Source: Deltaproteobacteria bacterium
Lineage (GTDB): Bacteria > Desulfobacterota > Dissulfuribacteria > Dissulfuribacterales > QOAL01
Assembly: GCA_015494395.1 (NCBI GenBank)
Contig: WGBG01000180.1
Location: 10,329-74,328, forward strand
Direction of reading: 5' to 3'
Length of the DNA stretch: 64,000 nucleotides
The translations under genes were made by a program, and so were the position numbers. The notes below the pieces were generated by a model. The model did not search any database and was not told the DNA's origin. It saw only the letters and a list, made by a program, of their open reading frames with translations. Positions 1-9,922 of the stretch are shown here, one piece after another. How positions within the stretch are numbered: the first letter of the stretch is position 1; the number at the start of each line of letters is the position of its first letter.

Positions 1-100
1 CCCTTGAAAACCGCTCTTCCATGATATCGGCCACAATTTTACCGTTCATAATGAGGGCCGCATTGGCGTCATGGCCCAAGTGGATGCCAAGGACATTCAT
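1..100 (-). CDS. carbamoyltransferase (NodU/CmcH-like), N-terminal fragment; gene runs off the window
   Basis: Reverse complement of 1..100 reads MNVLGIHLGHDANAALIMNGKIVADIMEERFSR, the typical N-terminus of NodU/CmcH carbamoyltransferases. Its ATG (100..98) shares one base with the TGA of the upstream gene (TGATG). Confidence 0.5.
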   Translation of the reverse strand, partial: MNVLGIHLGHDANAALIMNGKIVADIMEERFSR

Positions 101-1920
101 CAGGCCACCATCCTCTGCATGGAAAGGAGGCGTGAGGCTGCCTCATTGATATCCCGGCGGTACTTCCTGTCCAGTTCAGGGTTTATCATGTCAATGGAAC
201 AACTTGTCCACTCAACGGCCTTTTCAAGCAAGGCCCGGTAATGCCCATGGCCGTCTCCCAACTCTTCAGCTGCCCTTAGTGCATGACATCCAAGGGAGGT
301 GCCTCCGGATTTGACCTTAAGAAGTATCTCAGAACACTCCTCCCAGAGCCCCCATCTGTCGCCGAACCAGTTTACGCTCTCAGACAGCCATTCCAGGCTG
401 TCTGTGTGGAAATGGTCAGAGAGGAGGTCAATTAAAAACAACAGGTCGTCAAATCGGCGTGCGCGTAAAAGAGGATAGAAACCTGCGATAATGTCGTGAC
501 GAAAAAGGCTTTTGGGATATTCAACAAGGTCTATCTTTTTTTGCCAACGCGTTGTGGGTATATCACTCAGCTTTAATATGTGGGGATTGGCCCGTCCTGT
601 GTGGAAGGCCGTAATGCGGGATTTTTTTTCTATAAAATCCCTTTTTTCCCGTATGACAGGCTCAAGGTATGGACTTTTCTGCTTTTCATCCCTGGCCCGC
701 TCATAAAGCCTCAGGGCTTCTCTGTAATCCCCGCAGATATCCGCCAGCAATCCGTAATGAAAATCCGAGTAATGGGTTAGGGGGTTGACCCGCCGGATAC
801 GGTCATAGTCGCAAATTACCTGGTGGATAGTGGCACGGAAGTTTGCATCCTTTTTAATGAAGGCCCGGTTGAACTCCCGCCACGCCTTTTTTTTGAAAGG
901 GTCAAGATTGAGGCCATCTGTGAGCTTTTTTGAAAGGTGTTTCAGATTGCGGGTTTTGACCACCAGGCCATTTTGTCCGTCCCTGATCCAGAACTCCACC
1001 TCAGGGGATTCATTGATAAGCACCAGTGCGCCTGCTGCCATTGCCTCAAGCACCGAGGCGGGGTTATGATCATTTGAATGCAGGGAGACCACTATGTCCG
1101 CAGCATGGTAGTAGTGAGACAGCAAGGCCTGGTTATGTATGGTTTCAATGAAACGGACCCTGTGGCGTATGGCACTGCGCTTCACTATCCGTTCAAGGTA
1201 GCGTGTTTCAGGTGGGATCGCATGGCCTGTTACTATGCAGGTGACATCGAATTTTTCATTTACAAGGGTAAGGGCCTGGAGCAGGAGGTCCACGTTTGCC
1301 TGGAGGCTTGGAGTCCTTGGGCTGAATATTAATTTGCTGTCAGGTCCGATTCCGTGGCGCTCTCGAAGCTTTCTTATTTCTTCTCTGTTTCGGGCCTTTG
1401 AAAATCTTTCTAAATCAACGCCCCATGAGTGCCATAGTGCCCTGGATTTTGGAAATCCCTGCTTGATCCATCTCTCCATGACCACTTTGGAGGAGAATGA
1501 GACAAATTCAGAGAGCCTTCCCCTGAGCAGTTCGTCCAGTATGATTTTGTGGTAGAGGGGGGATATGGTGTCTCTGGAGTAAACGAAATCCCATATTGAT
1601 GTAACACGTGGCACGCCCCTTACAAAAAGGCCCAGGGCCGCAGGGAAATGTGTTGAGTGTATATGCAGAACTTCTATGTTGTGAACCCTGAGCCGCTCTT
1701 CCAGCCAGTTAACCAGTTGCCGGGGAAAGCGTACAAATCCCCCTGGCAGGACCTCCACCCTGAATGGAAGGCTCTCCTTCATCAGACGGGATGGAATATG
1801 ATCGGTAAAGACCACGGTTGGCACGCCCTGCCGGGCAAGCTCTCTTGCCCTTCGTTCAAGATGTGAGGATGCCAGCCAGCCAATGTGGGCGACCCTTGGC
1901 AGGTCTGGTGCCCTTAACAT
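100..1920 (-). CDS. glycosyltransferase (GT-B, group 1/GT4-like) with ~230-aa C-terminal extension of unknown function
   Basis: 606-aa ORF. The GT1/GT4-type region includes SVLEAMAAGALVLINES. It overlaps the upstream DegT gene by 7 nt, consistent with an operon. Confidence 0.7.
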   Translation of the reverse strand: MLRAPDLPRVAHIGWLASSHLERRARELARQGVPTVVFTDHIPSRLMKESLPFRVEVLPGGFVRFPRQLVNWLEERLRVHNIEVLHIHSTHFPAALGLFVRGVPRVTSIWDFVYSRDTISPLYHKIILDELLRGRLSEFVSFSSKVVMERWIKQGFPKSRALWHSWGVDLERFSKARNREEIRKLRERHGIGPDSKLIFSPRTPSLQANVDLLLQALTLVNEKFDVTCIVTGHAIPPETRYLERIVKRSAIRHRVRFIETIHNQALLSHYYHAADIVVSLHSNDHNPASVLEAMAAGALVLINESPEVEFWIRDGQNGLVVKTRNLKHLSKKLTDGLNLDPFKKKAWREFNRAFIKKDANFRATIHQVICDYDRIRRVNPLTHYSDFHYGLLADICGDYREALRLYERARDEKQKSPYLEPVIREKRDFIEKKSRITAFHTGRANPHILKLSDIPTTRWQKKIDLVEYPKSLFRHDIIAGFYPLLRARRFDDLLFLIDLLSDHFHTDSLEWLSESVNWFGDRWGLWEECSEILLKVKSGGTSLGCHALRAAEELGDGHGHYRALLEKAVEWTSCSIDMINPELDRKYRRDINEAASRLLSMQRMVA

Positions 1921-3020
1921 GTCACGGCCTCTTTAAGGGCGTTCACCACGCTTTCCTGCTCTTTCCTGGTCATGCCGTTGTAGAGTGGCAGGGCAAGGGA
2001 ATGCTGGTAGGCGTAGAGGCTGCCGGAGAGGGTGCCCTTCCAGTTGCAGCGCGCTTCTCTCTTAAAGGCTGGCTGGGTGTGCAGGCTGTAGCTTCCTATC
2101 TGGGCCTCTATGCCCTGGCGGCGCAAAATCTGCATGACGCGCTCCCTTTGCTCCACGAATACCACGAATGTCTGGTATGAATGGAAGGCGTTATCTGTCT
2201 CGCGTGGAAGGCTGACACCGGAAATTGGTGCTATCATGGCCTTATAACGTTTTGCAAGTGCTGCCCTCTCCTTGAGAAGTTTCTCTATGTCTGTCATCTG
2301 GGCAAGCCCGATTGCAGCCTGGACATTTGAAAGTTTGTAATTGCCCCCGATAGAGTTAAAGAGCCGGCGGTGATCAGCACAATCTGGTTCCATGCCAAAG
2401 TGCCTGTAAGAGTCCATCCACTTGGCCAGAACCCTGTCGTTTGTGGTGATCAAGCCCCCTTCCCCTGTGGTGATGAGCTTTCTGGGGTGCAGGCTGAAGA
2501 CCGTAATGTCCGCAAGGGTCCCCACATGCCTTCCGCCATACATTGCTCCAAGGGAGCAGGCGGCATCTTCAATTATGTAAAATCCGTACCTTTCCTTAAG
2601 CCTTAATAAAAACTCAAAGTCCAGGGGATTGCCAAAGAGGGAAACGGGAAGAACCGCCCTGGTATTATCGGTAATTGCCGCCTCAAGGTCTTTGTGGTCA
2701 ATAAGCATTGTGTGAGGGTTCACATCAACCAGGGTAACGCTTGCGCCGGTTATAAGTGCGGCATTGGCAGTGGCAGGATAGGTGAAATCAGGGACAATCA
2801 CCTGATCACCAGGTCCAACACCTATGGCCCTCAGGGCTATCTCAATGCCGGCTGTGCAGTTGCAAACGGCCAGGACGTATTTGGCCCTCAAGAATTCACT
2901 TATGGATTCTTCAAATTTCCGGGTTGTACGCCCTTCAGTCAGAAAGCCGCTGTCAAGCACCTTCTGTATCTCCTTGCTTATGGTGCCTGGCAGGTAGGGT
3001 TTCATAAGGGGGATCTTCAT
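1914..3020 (-). CDS. DegT/DnrJ/EryC1/StrS-family PLP-dependent sugar aminotransferase (WbpE-like)
   Basis: 368-aa ORF with family-typical blocks (CNCTAGIEIAL, IIEDAACSLGA, FSLHPRKLITTGEGG containing the PLP lysine context). ATGA overlap with the upstream gene. Confidence 0.9.
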   Translation of the reverse strand: MKIPLMKPYLPGTISKEIQKVLDSGFLTEGRTTRKFEESISEFLRAKYVLAVCNCTAGIEIALRAIGVGPGDQVIVPDFTYPATANAALITGASVTLVDVNPHTMLIDHKDLEAAITDNTRAVLPVSLFGNPLDFEFLLRLKERYGFYIIEDAACSLGAMYGGRHVGTLADITVFSLHPRKLITTGEGGLITTNDRVLAKWMDSYRHFGMEPDCADHRRLFNSIGGNYKLSNVQAAIGLAQMTDIEKLLKERAALAKRYKAMIAPISGVSLPRETDNAFHSYQTFVVFVEQRERVMQILRRQGIEAQIGSYSLHTQPAFKREARCNWKGTLSGSLYAYQHSLALPLYNGMTRKEQESVVNALKEAVTC

Positions 3021-3964
3021 CCTGTCTCAACTAGCTCCCCTATTATGGAGTGCCTTTCCGAGTACTGGGGCCAGTGGTCACATGTCCTGCATATGTCGTC
3101 GTGTGTAAATTCCAGTCTCTCCTGCCTGTGGCGGATATCGTTGTACCAACTGCCTTTCCAGACCCCAATTATACCGTTGGTGCCTATATTCGGACTGCCT
3201 TTTCTGTTCCAGTCATGGTTGCATATTGCCACGTTGCCGTGCCAGTAAACGGCCAGCTCCCGGAAGGGTTTAAGGCAGGGTCTGCGTGGCATGGAAGGCC
3301 GGTGATGAAGCCTTCCGAACTTCCCGTCTGAAGAGTGTTGTGGATAAATCCTTACCCTGTCCGCCCTGCCTTTCCAGAAGGACAGGAAACGGGCCTTCTT
3401 TCCCGGATTCATGCCTGTATCTACTGCAGATATCTGTACGGTTGGTAACTTGCTGTGACGCCTCTGCCTTTCTGAGAGCAGCATGTCAACGGCGTTCAGG
3501 AGCGTTTCAAGGCTTCCACCCCTTCGGATTGTCCGATATTCTTCGGCGTTGATGGAATCCACGCTGAAAGATATAAAATCTAGGCCTATATTGATCATGG
3601 TTTCCGCAATGTTTTTTTTAAGCAGTAATCCGTTGGTGGCAAGCTGAATGGTCATGCCCTTATCCTTGGCATAGGTCAATAGTTCAGTGCAACGGGGATG
3701 CATCAAGGGTTCACCGCGGAAAAATGGGACAAGGGTCTTGGTTCCTACGGCAGCAAGTTCGTCAACAAGCCGCCTGAATAGTCGTGGATCCATGTCTCCC
3801 AATGCATCATCCATAAAATGGCGGGGACAGATCGGGCATGAAAGGTTGCACCTGTTTGTAATTTCAAGTGTAACCCTCTGAGGGAATTCGGATACGGAGC
3901 AGAGTTTCACAGTTTGTCTATGCCGGATGGTGTCAGAGCGTAACTGCTGCCGCATGCCTGGCAT
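3017..3964 (-). CDS. radical SAM protein with C-terminal Cys-rich (SPASM/twitch-like) region
   Basis: CxxxCxxC motif in TNRCNLSCPICPRHF, plus C-terminal cysteines (PCLKPF..VAICNHDW, CRTCDHW). The longest ORF overlaps the upstream gene by 58 nt. A GTG at 3910 forms a GTGA start/stop overlap and is an alternative start. Confidence 0.8.
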   Translation of the reverse strand: MPGMRQQLRSDTIRHRQTVKLCSVSEFPQRVTLEITNRCNLSCPICPRHFMDDALGDMDPRLFRRLVDELAAVGTKTLVPFFRGEPLMHPRCTELLTYAKDKGMTIQLATNGLLLKKNIAETMINIGLDFISFSVDSINAEEYRTIRRGGSLETLLNAVDMLLSERQRRHSKLPTVQISAVDTGMNPGKKARFLSFWKGRADRVRIYPQHSSDGKFGRLHHRPSMPRRPCLKPFRELAVYWHGNVAICNHDWNRKGSPNIGTNGIIGVWKGSWYNDIRHRQERLEFTHDDICRTCDHWPQYSERHSIIGELVETG

Positions 3965-5487
3965 GCCAGGAAGTTGTCAAGAGAATGTCCGCACTCGCAT
4001 ATCCATCCGGCCTGTCTTGCTGGATTACCATAGACAACGGCATGGTCCGGCACGTCTCTGGTTACCACTGCCCCGGCCCCTACAAACGCAAAGCGGCCAA
4101 TGGTGTTCCCACACACGATGGTGCTGTTTGCGCCAAGAGTGGCCCCGGTCCTTACTGTAGTCTTTCGTATCTCGTTCATGCGGCCGATGAATGCCCGCGG
4201 GTTATGCACATTGGTAAATACTACGCCAGGCCCGCAAAACACATGGTCTTCCAGGGTAACTCCCTGATAAACTGACACATTGTTCTGAATCTTACAGCCA
4301 TTGCCCACATTGACTTTTGGGCCAATGGCCACATTTTGACCAATTACACACCGGGCCCCTATCTTGGTATCTGGGAGGATATGGCTGAAATGCCATATCT
4401 TGGTTTCTGGCCCTATTTCTACATCTCCGTCAATGACCGCAGTGGGATGGACAAAGTATTTTTCTTTGCCTCTCTGGCCTTCTGGAGTGAATCGTACAGG
4501 GACTCCACCCTGGTCTAATGACCTTTGGCAGGCCTGCAGGACTTGCAGCACCCGCAGGCCTTCGTGTCCGTTGCTTACTGGTTCACATCTTTCTTTTATG
4601 CACTCAAGAAAATGTTCACACTCCATGCGCAGGGGTTCATAGGGTTTCAGCCTCACCGGTTCCGCCTCTTTTTTTGCCAGCACTGGATTTTCTCCTGCCC
4701 ATCCGATTTCATGGGAGTACAGGCATAGTTTGGTCTCCCAGGGCATGGAATCATCGAATACAGCCATTTTCTTGTCACCAATTACCACCAGTTTCTGTTC
4801 CTTGAATGGATGGAGCCAGGAGACAAAGATATGGGCCTTGAGGCCTGAGGGGAAATTGAGATGACTTGTGGTGACATCGGCTATCTTTTTGTGTAGGTAG
4901 TTTCCACCCACTGCAGATACCGACTCAGGGAATTCCTGTGCCATTGCCAGGATCATTGAGATGTCATGGGGGGCAAATGACCAGAGTATATTCTCTTCCC
5001 GCCTTATTTTACCCAGATTGAGTCTGTTGGAGTAAATATAGTTGATACGTCCAAGGTCGCCTTGTCTGATCAGGGTGCTCAGGGTTTTAAATGCCGGGTG
5101 GTAGTGCATTATATGTCCTATCATCAGGACCAGTTCGTTCTTACTGGCAAGCTCTATCAGCTCGTGTCCTTCCTCCTCGCACAGGACAAAGGGTTTTTCA
5201 ATGAATACGTGTTTTCCAGTCAGCAAGGCCTCTCTGGCGATTGCAAAGTGCGTCTCAGCCGGGGTTGCAATGACTATTCCGTCTATTTCCGGGTCCTGAT
5301 AGGCCTGGTGGGGTGAGGTGCACCATCTTATGCCTGGGTACCTCTGGGCAATGGCAGCAGAACGTTTGGGGTCTCGCTCACACACGAGCTTCAATGCTCC
5401 AAGCTTGTGAAAATTACGAACCAGGTTTTTCCCCCAGCATCCAGTTCCAATTATGGCTATGCCAGGCATGTTCTCTTTGATGTCCAT
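3907..5487 (-). CDS. fusion protein: Gfo/Idh/MocA oxidoreductase (WbpB-like) + left-handed beta-helix N-acetyltransferase (WbpD-like)
   Basis: The N-terminus has a Rossmann motif (IAIIGTGCWGKN). The C-terminal ~190 aa carry hexapeptide repeats (IGPETKIWHFSHI.., IGQNVAIGPKVNVGNGCKIQNN..) ending in a Cys-rich tail. Confidence 0.85.
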   Translation of the reverse strand: MDIKENMPGIAIIGTGCWGKNLVRNFHKLGALKLVCERDPKRSAAIAQRYPGIRWCTSPHQAYQDPEIDGIVIATPAETHFAIAREALLTGKHVFIEKPFVLCEEEGHELIELASKNELVLMIGHIMHYHPAFKTLSTLIRQGDLGRINYIYSNRLNLGKIRREENILWSFAPHDISMILAMAQEFPESVSAVGGNYLHKKIADVTTSHLNFPSGLKAHIFVSWLHPFKEQKLVVIGDKKMAVFDDSMPWETKLCLYSHEIGWAGENPVLAKKEAEPVRLKPYEPLRMECEHFLECIKERCEPVSNGHEGLRVLQVLQACQRSLDQGGVPVRFTPEGQRGKEKYFVHPTAVIDGDVEIGPETKIWHFSHILPDTKIGARCVIGQNVAIGPKVNVGNGCKIQNNVSVYQGVTLEDHVFCGPGVVFTNVHNPRAFIGRMNEIRKTTVRTGATLGANSTIVCGNTIGRFAFVGAGAVVTRDVPDHAVVYGNPARQAGWICECGHSLDNFLACQACGSSYALTPSGIDKL

Positions 5488-5579
5488 GCGTGATTGATAA
5501 GATTTTGATAAAAGGCGCAGCTTTTCATCCGAAAGTCTTATTAATTTGAAACGACTTGTCTTCTGCTTTTCTGAAGGCT

Positions 5580-6530
5580 TCAGTACTGGCGAATCAGGTG
5601 ATTAACGATTTTTGATGTGTTCCATGATTGTTCCATGAAGCTTCTGGAGGCCTTGCCTGTAACCGTACGAAAGATTTTCTCTTGGCATAGTTTTTTTAAT
5701 ATCCGCTCCAGTGAATCCGCATCCCTCGCGATTAGCCATGGAAGCTTGTCATAACCAGTAAATTCTTTGATACAACTTATGTTCCAAGCATCAAGCCCTG
5801 CGATTACTGGCTTTCCCTGCGATAGCGCCTCAAGTGAAGAGACACCAAAGTATCCCTGCATGTGATCGAATAACACGTCACATTGCTGTTTTCTGCGCAG
5901 ACACTCCCTGTGTGGGGTGTTTTCAATAATGTCCAGTTTTATTTTCTGAGGCAGTTTTTCCTGAAGGATTTTGGAGACCTGAATGATTTCCTCTGTGTTT
6001 TTTAAATCCTTTCTTGTTGGGGAGTGAGCTATTATAATGTGCTCATTATTATTGTTGCTACAGGGAACAGGCAGGTATAATGGGTCATCAACAGGTACGA
6101 TGTTAGGTTGCCAAACTGCTTCAGGGATCATATGCAGTAAATCCGGGGTGCTTACAAGTACTTTGCGTCGGAGTCTTTTATACTTTTCCCTGTAATACTC
6201 CGGACTTGCTCGGAAATGCGGATGGCCGTGATGATGGTGGATAAGCATTTTGCCCTTGACAAATTCTTTAATTTTTACCGGGCCCAACTCCATGTTTTCG
6301 TCAGCAAGGAGATGAAAGTGTATGATGTCGGCCTGTGAGAGTAGATCCCTGATTTCGTCAAAACCATCCTCGCCAATATCTGGCAGGTGAATATCTTTTT
6401 TGTAATCAAAATTGTACCTGGTCTCCGTTGTAATCAGCCTGCACGAATGCTCCGTGTACCTGTTGATGGCATTGGTAAAGGCGATTGCCATGCCGGCAGG
6501 ATCGTTTTGCGTGATCATCAGGATATTCAT
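5580..6530 (-). CDS. putative glycosyltransferase / hypothetical protein
   Basis: 316-aa ORF in the sugar operon. A GT-B-like C-terminal block (VSSLEALSQGKPVIAG) is the only family signal I can see. Confidence 0.45.
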   Translation of the reverse strand: MNILMITQNDPAGMAIAFTNAINRYTEHSCRLITTETRYNFDYKKDIHLPDIGEDGFDEIRDLLSQADIIHFHLLADENMELGPVKIKEFVKGKMLIHHHHGHPHFRASPEYYREKYKRLRRKVLVSTPDLLHMIPEAVWQPNIVPVDDPLYLPVPCSNNNNEHIIIAHSPTRKDLKNTEEIIQVSKILQEKLPQKIKLDIIENTPHRECLRRKQQCDVLFDHMQGYFGVSSLEALSQGKPVIAGLDAWNISCIKEFTGYDKLPWLIARDADSLERILKKLCQEKIFRTVTGKASRSFMEQSWNTSKIVNHLIRQY

Positions 6531-6538
6531 GGCTTAAT

Positions 6539-8515
6539 TCAGTCCATGTATTTTTCAAGAAAGGCCAGGGCCTGCAGAAATCCCTGCCCCTGGTTCAGGT
6601 GTCCCCTCCAGATTTCCGGAACCCATGTACCCTTAAATCCCTTGAAGAGCGGCAGGATATTGTCAAGGTCAATGTCCCCTTCGCAAAACTGGACGCCTTC
6701 GCCATCAAGACCATAGCCATCTGCCAGGTGCAGGTGACTGGTGAATGGCAGAAGCGTTTTTATTTCATCTGCAAGCTCTTTTTCCTTGGCATTGCAGTAC
6801 AGGGCGGAGTGGGAGAGGTCATAGCAGATATTCATGGTGTGTTCCCTGCAGAAATCGGCAATTTCTGCCGCGTCCATGAAGTAGTTTCCCTTCCACTGTC
6901 CACCAAAGTACCAGGGGTAGGGGGGCAGGTTTTCAAGGAGGAGTTCTATGTCAAAGTCTGATGTCAGCATTCTGATGTCGGTTATTGACCTTGAAAGGTT
7001 TGCAGCAAGTCGGCTGGAGTCAAGTTTTTGGTTTATGCTCATGGCTCCGGGATGTACTATCACCTTTGGCCTGCCCTTGAAAAAGTGAGATATTTCATGG
7101 GCAAGCCTTATTGACCTGACAGCAAGCTCCACCGATGCCTGCCGTGTCTCCTCATGGTATGAACAGAGGTCCAGCAGTCTTTCACCCATGTATTCAGGGG
7201 CATGCACAACGAGCCCCATGTTCAGTGGTTCTTTTATGGAAAAGGGGAGCTGAAAGTCTTTTTCCGCCAGGTGAAATTCTATGATTTTGGGATTGTAATG
7301 CAGCATTGATTCATAGTCACTGAATCTTGCAATGAGTCCCCATTGGCTCTGAAACTTGAATGTCCGTTTTTTCAGGCTGGCTAAACCGATGTCTTCTTCT
7401 GTGAAGAAATCTCCGGCATTTATATTTCTCAATGCCTTTCTGCCTGCCAGCTTGTCCAGATACAGGGGAGTAAGTCCTCTACCTGGACCACGTACAGTTA
7501 TTTTATCCCTGCTTATTATCTCTCCCTTTTTTATGTTACAGGCTGCCACAAGGCTTTTTGCGAAAAGCTCTCTATTAAGTACCTCACCCCTGAGCATAAA
7601 CCGTTTATTTTTCCCAATAGCCTGGTCTGCTATGCGTATGTCTCTCACAAGCCTTTTGAACTCGTATGGTTCAAGGCTTACCTTGTGATCCGGGCCCTCA
7701 AAGTTTTTGTCAAGGGTAAGGTGTTTTTCAATTATGCAGGCCCCCATTGAAGCAGCAACAAGTGAGACGGTAATTCCAAGCTCATGTCCGGAATATCCCA
7801 CTGGCACATTGTATCTTTTTAGCTGGTTAATCATCCGCAGGTTTACTTCTCTAGGCCACACCGGATAAACACTCCGGCAGTGAAGGAGGGCAAAGTCTGA
7901 ACCCAGATCTGAAAGGAGGGAAGCCGTGTATTCAATCTCATCCCATGTTGACATACCAGTTGACACAATCATGGGCTTGTCAAAAGACGCCACAAGTTTT
8001 ATCAAGGGGATGTTTGTTAAATCGGCTGACGCTATCTTGAATGCATCTATGTCCAGTTTTTTAAGGAATTCAGCACTATCCATGTCAAAGGGGGTGCATA
8101 TAAAATCCATTCCAAGATTCCGGGTGAACTCTCTTAAGTCCGTCATATCCTGCCTGGAAAGCTCTACCTTTTTTAAAAGGGGGATCATGTACTGAAAATT
8201 TTGCTCGTAATGCTCGGGATGGTCGAGAACGTCCGGCGGGTAGAGGGCTGGAAGATGGCGTTTCTGGAATTTGACAGCATTTACCCCGCAATTCGCCGCA
8301 GATTCAATAAGTTTCATGGCAGTATCTTTGCTGCCGTTATGGTTGATTCCTATTTCAGCAACGATATAGGTTGGGTGATCAAAGCCAATAGGAGTAGAGT
8401 TTATATAGATGGATAGTGACAATTTAGATGGTGGAGAGCTTGATAATATTGATCTGCTGTTCTGACAGGTGCTTGATAGACTCGAAGATTTCGTCCTGTC
8501 TGGCAAATGAGGCAA
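6539..8515 (-). CDS. fusion protein: NeuB-family sialic/nonulosonic acid synthase (with SAF domain) + xylose-isomerase-like TIM-barrel domain
   Basis: NeuB block TYIVAEIGINHNGS, then an SAF-like region, then a ~260-aa C-terminal sugar-phosphate isomerase/epimerase-like TIM barrel. The longest ORF starts at TTG 8515 and overlaps the upstream gene by 92 nt. The true start may be TTG 8422, just after that gene's stop. Confidence 0.75.
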   Translation of the reverse strand: MPHLPDRTKSSSLSSTCQNSRSILSSSPPSKLSLSIYINSTPIGFDHPTYIVAEIGINHNGSKDTAMKLIESAANCGVNAVKFQKRHLPALYPPDVLDHPEHYEQNFQYMIPLLKKVELSRQDMTDLREFTRNLGMDFICTPFDMDSAEFLKKLDIDAFKIASADLTNIPLIKLVASFDKPMIVSTGMSTWDEIEYTASLLSDLGSDFALLHCRSVYPVWPREVNLRMINQLKRYNVPVGYSGHELGITVSLVAASMGACIIEKHLTLDKNFEGPDHKVSLEPYEFKRLVRDIRIADQAIGKNKRFMLRGEVLNRELFAKSLVAACNIKKGEIISRDKITVRGPGRGLTPLYLDKLAGRKALRNINAGDFFTEEDIGLASLKKRTFKFQSQWGLIARFSDYESMLHYNPKIIEFHLAEKDFQLPFSIKEPLNMGLVVHAPEYMGERLLDLCSYHEETRQASVELAVRSIRLAHEISHFFKGRPKVIVHPGAMSINQKLDSSRLAANLSRSITDIRMLTSDFDIELLLENLPPYPWYFGGQWKGNYFMDAAEIADFCREHTMNICYDLSHSALYCNAKEKELADEIKTLLPFTSHLHLADGYGLDGEGVQFCEGDIDLDNILPLFKGFKGTWVPEIWRGHLNQGQGFLQALAFLEKYMD

Positions 8516-9053
8516 TGATGATGAAGTCAGGCCTGATATCCGAAATACTTTCTGGAGGTGTTATTCTTATACCTTCAAAAATTTTTCCCCATTTGGCAGG
8601 ATCATTGTCAACGATGCCTGCAATAGTCGCATCGGGAAAGTTGTGTATGGCCTGGATAACCATTGCGGCAGTCTCGGAACCTCCAAATAGAACAACTTTG
8701 TAAGATCCTTCAGGTCTGAATACCTTTGCAAATTTTTCTATCAGTTCCTGCCTGGCCTGTGCATAGAGTTGAACGATTTCAGCGGAACAGAGCATCAGGA
8801 GTCTGAAGAGTTTGTCCTGTCCCTTTGGTGTCAGGCTGTACTTTTTGTCTCTCCTGTTACGATTTTCGATATTTATGAGTTTTGCCTCTTCAAGTTCATG
8901 AACATACCGGTTAACCATTCCGCTGCTGAGGTTGGATTGCATTGCCATGGCCTGCTGGCTTATCATGGGAGCATGATAAATTGTTAGCAGAATGGACAAC
9001 TTTCTGAATTCCCTGGTGGGAAGGAAAAAAGATGATTTTTCCAGGTTTATCAT
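8424..9053 (-). CDS. winged-helix transcriptional regulator with C-terminal Rossmann-like domain (Rex-like architecture)
   Basis: 209 aa. The N-terminus is a wHTH (LSILLTIYHAPMISQQAMAMQSNLSSGMVNRYVHELEEAKLI). The C-terminus is a Rossmann-like strand-helix pattern (KVVLFGGSETAAMV..IAGIVDNDPAKWGK) lacking a canonical GxGxxG. ATGA overlap with the NusG-like gene. Confidence 0.55.
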   Translation of the reverse strand: MINLEKSSFFLPTREFRKLSILLTIYHAPMISQQAMAMQSNLSSGMVNRYVHELEEAKLINIENRNRRDKKYSLTPKGQDKLFRLLMLCSAEIVQLYAQARQELIEKFAKVFRPEGSYKVVLFGGSETAAMVIQAIHNFPDATIAGIVDNDPAKWGKIFEGIRITPPESISDIRPDFIIIASFARQDEIFESIKHLSEQQINIIKLSTI

Positions 9054-9643
9054 GCCGCCATTAGTACAGGTGAACTGTCCTCAGGTTTTACATATTTCAT
9101 TGGAACTTCCACCCTGACTCCCTGTCCAATGCACTCCACAGCAAGTTGCAGGTAGAACCTGTTTTTTTGTTTAATGACGGAACCGGAGAGCCCGGCCAGG
9201 GGGCCGTGGGTTATGGTAACTTTCTGGCCAGCAGTGAGAAAATCACATAATTCAACCTGCTTCTCTCTGTCAAGCATCTTTTTTATCATCTGAAGTTCTG
9301 TAGTCAGCCTTGCCTGGCCTGGTACTTCAATGACCTGGGCTACACGCCTGGTTCTTAAAACTGCAAGGCGGGATGCGATGTTGCCACGGAAAAAGATATA
9401 TCCGCTGAACAGAGGAACAACTGAGACACGCATTCTTTTTTTGCTTTTTTGCAGTCTGTGTATCAGAGGTAGGTAATATGGGATATTTTGATTAACAAGA
9501 GTCCAGGCAAGTGCTTTTTCTTGGCGGCTCCTGGTTTTTGCGACCCACCAAACATTTTCTTCATCGGACAGATTGTTGAGCAACAGTTGGAACAGGGCCT
9601 CGGGAAAGCAGGAGGGTGGATTTGCCGATGGATTAAGTGTCAT
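9050..9643 (-). CDS. NusG-like transcription antiterminator paralog (UpxY/RfaH-like, NGN + KOW)
   Basis: 197 aa. NGN-type start (WWVAKTRSRQEKALAWTLVNQNIPYYLPL) and a KOW-like GQKVTITHGPLAGLSGSV. It is the first gene of the polysaccharide operon behind a ~390-bp non-coding leader. Confidence 0.75.
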   Translation of the reverse strand: MTLNPSANPPSCFPEALFQLLLNNLSDEENVWWVAKTRSRQEKALAWTLVNQNIPYYLPLIHRLQKSKKRMRVSVVPLFSGYIFFRGNIASRLAVLRTRRVAQVIEVPGQARLTTELQMIKKMLDREKQVELCDFLTAGQKVTITHGPLAGLSGSVIKQKNRFYLQLAVECIGQGVRVEVPMKYVKPEDSSPVLMAA

Positions 9644-9922
9644 ATTTTAAGCACACTCCGTCCCTTTCGGGGACATATGTCTCCCTAACTATCATAAATG
9701 AACGCAACGGTGCAATTAACTACAGGGGATTGTACTTATCCAACTTGAGCAGCCAATGGGTACAATTTAACCCATTGAGTTTACCGTATTACTGCACCAC
9801 CTTTGCTATCAGAATCGCCACATTCCAGACTGCAGTAGTATATATCCTTAGTACGCTGGTTTGCAGTAAATCTTATTATCACTCAAGTCAGATATTATTC
9901 ATTCAGTAAATGAACGATTTTT

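Noticed and set aside
9790-9801. An ops/JUMPstart-like element (GGTGGTGCAGTA on the minus strand) in the leader of the NusG-paralog operon.
   Set aside because: It has four mismatches to GGCGGTAGnnTG in the defined positions, which is too weak to call. It is mentioned only as a place to look.
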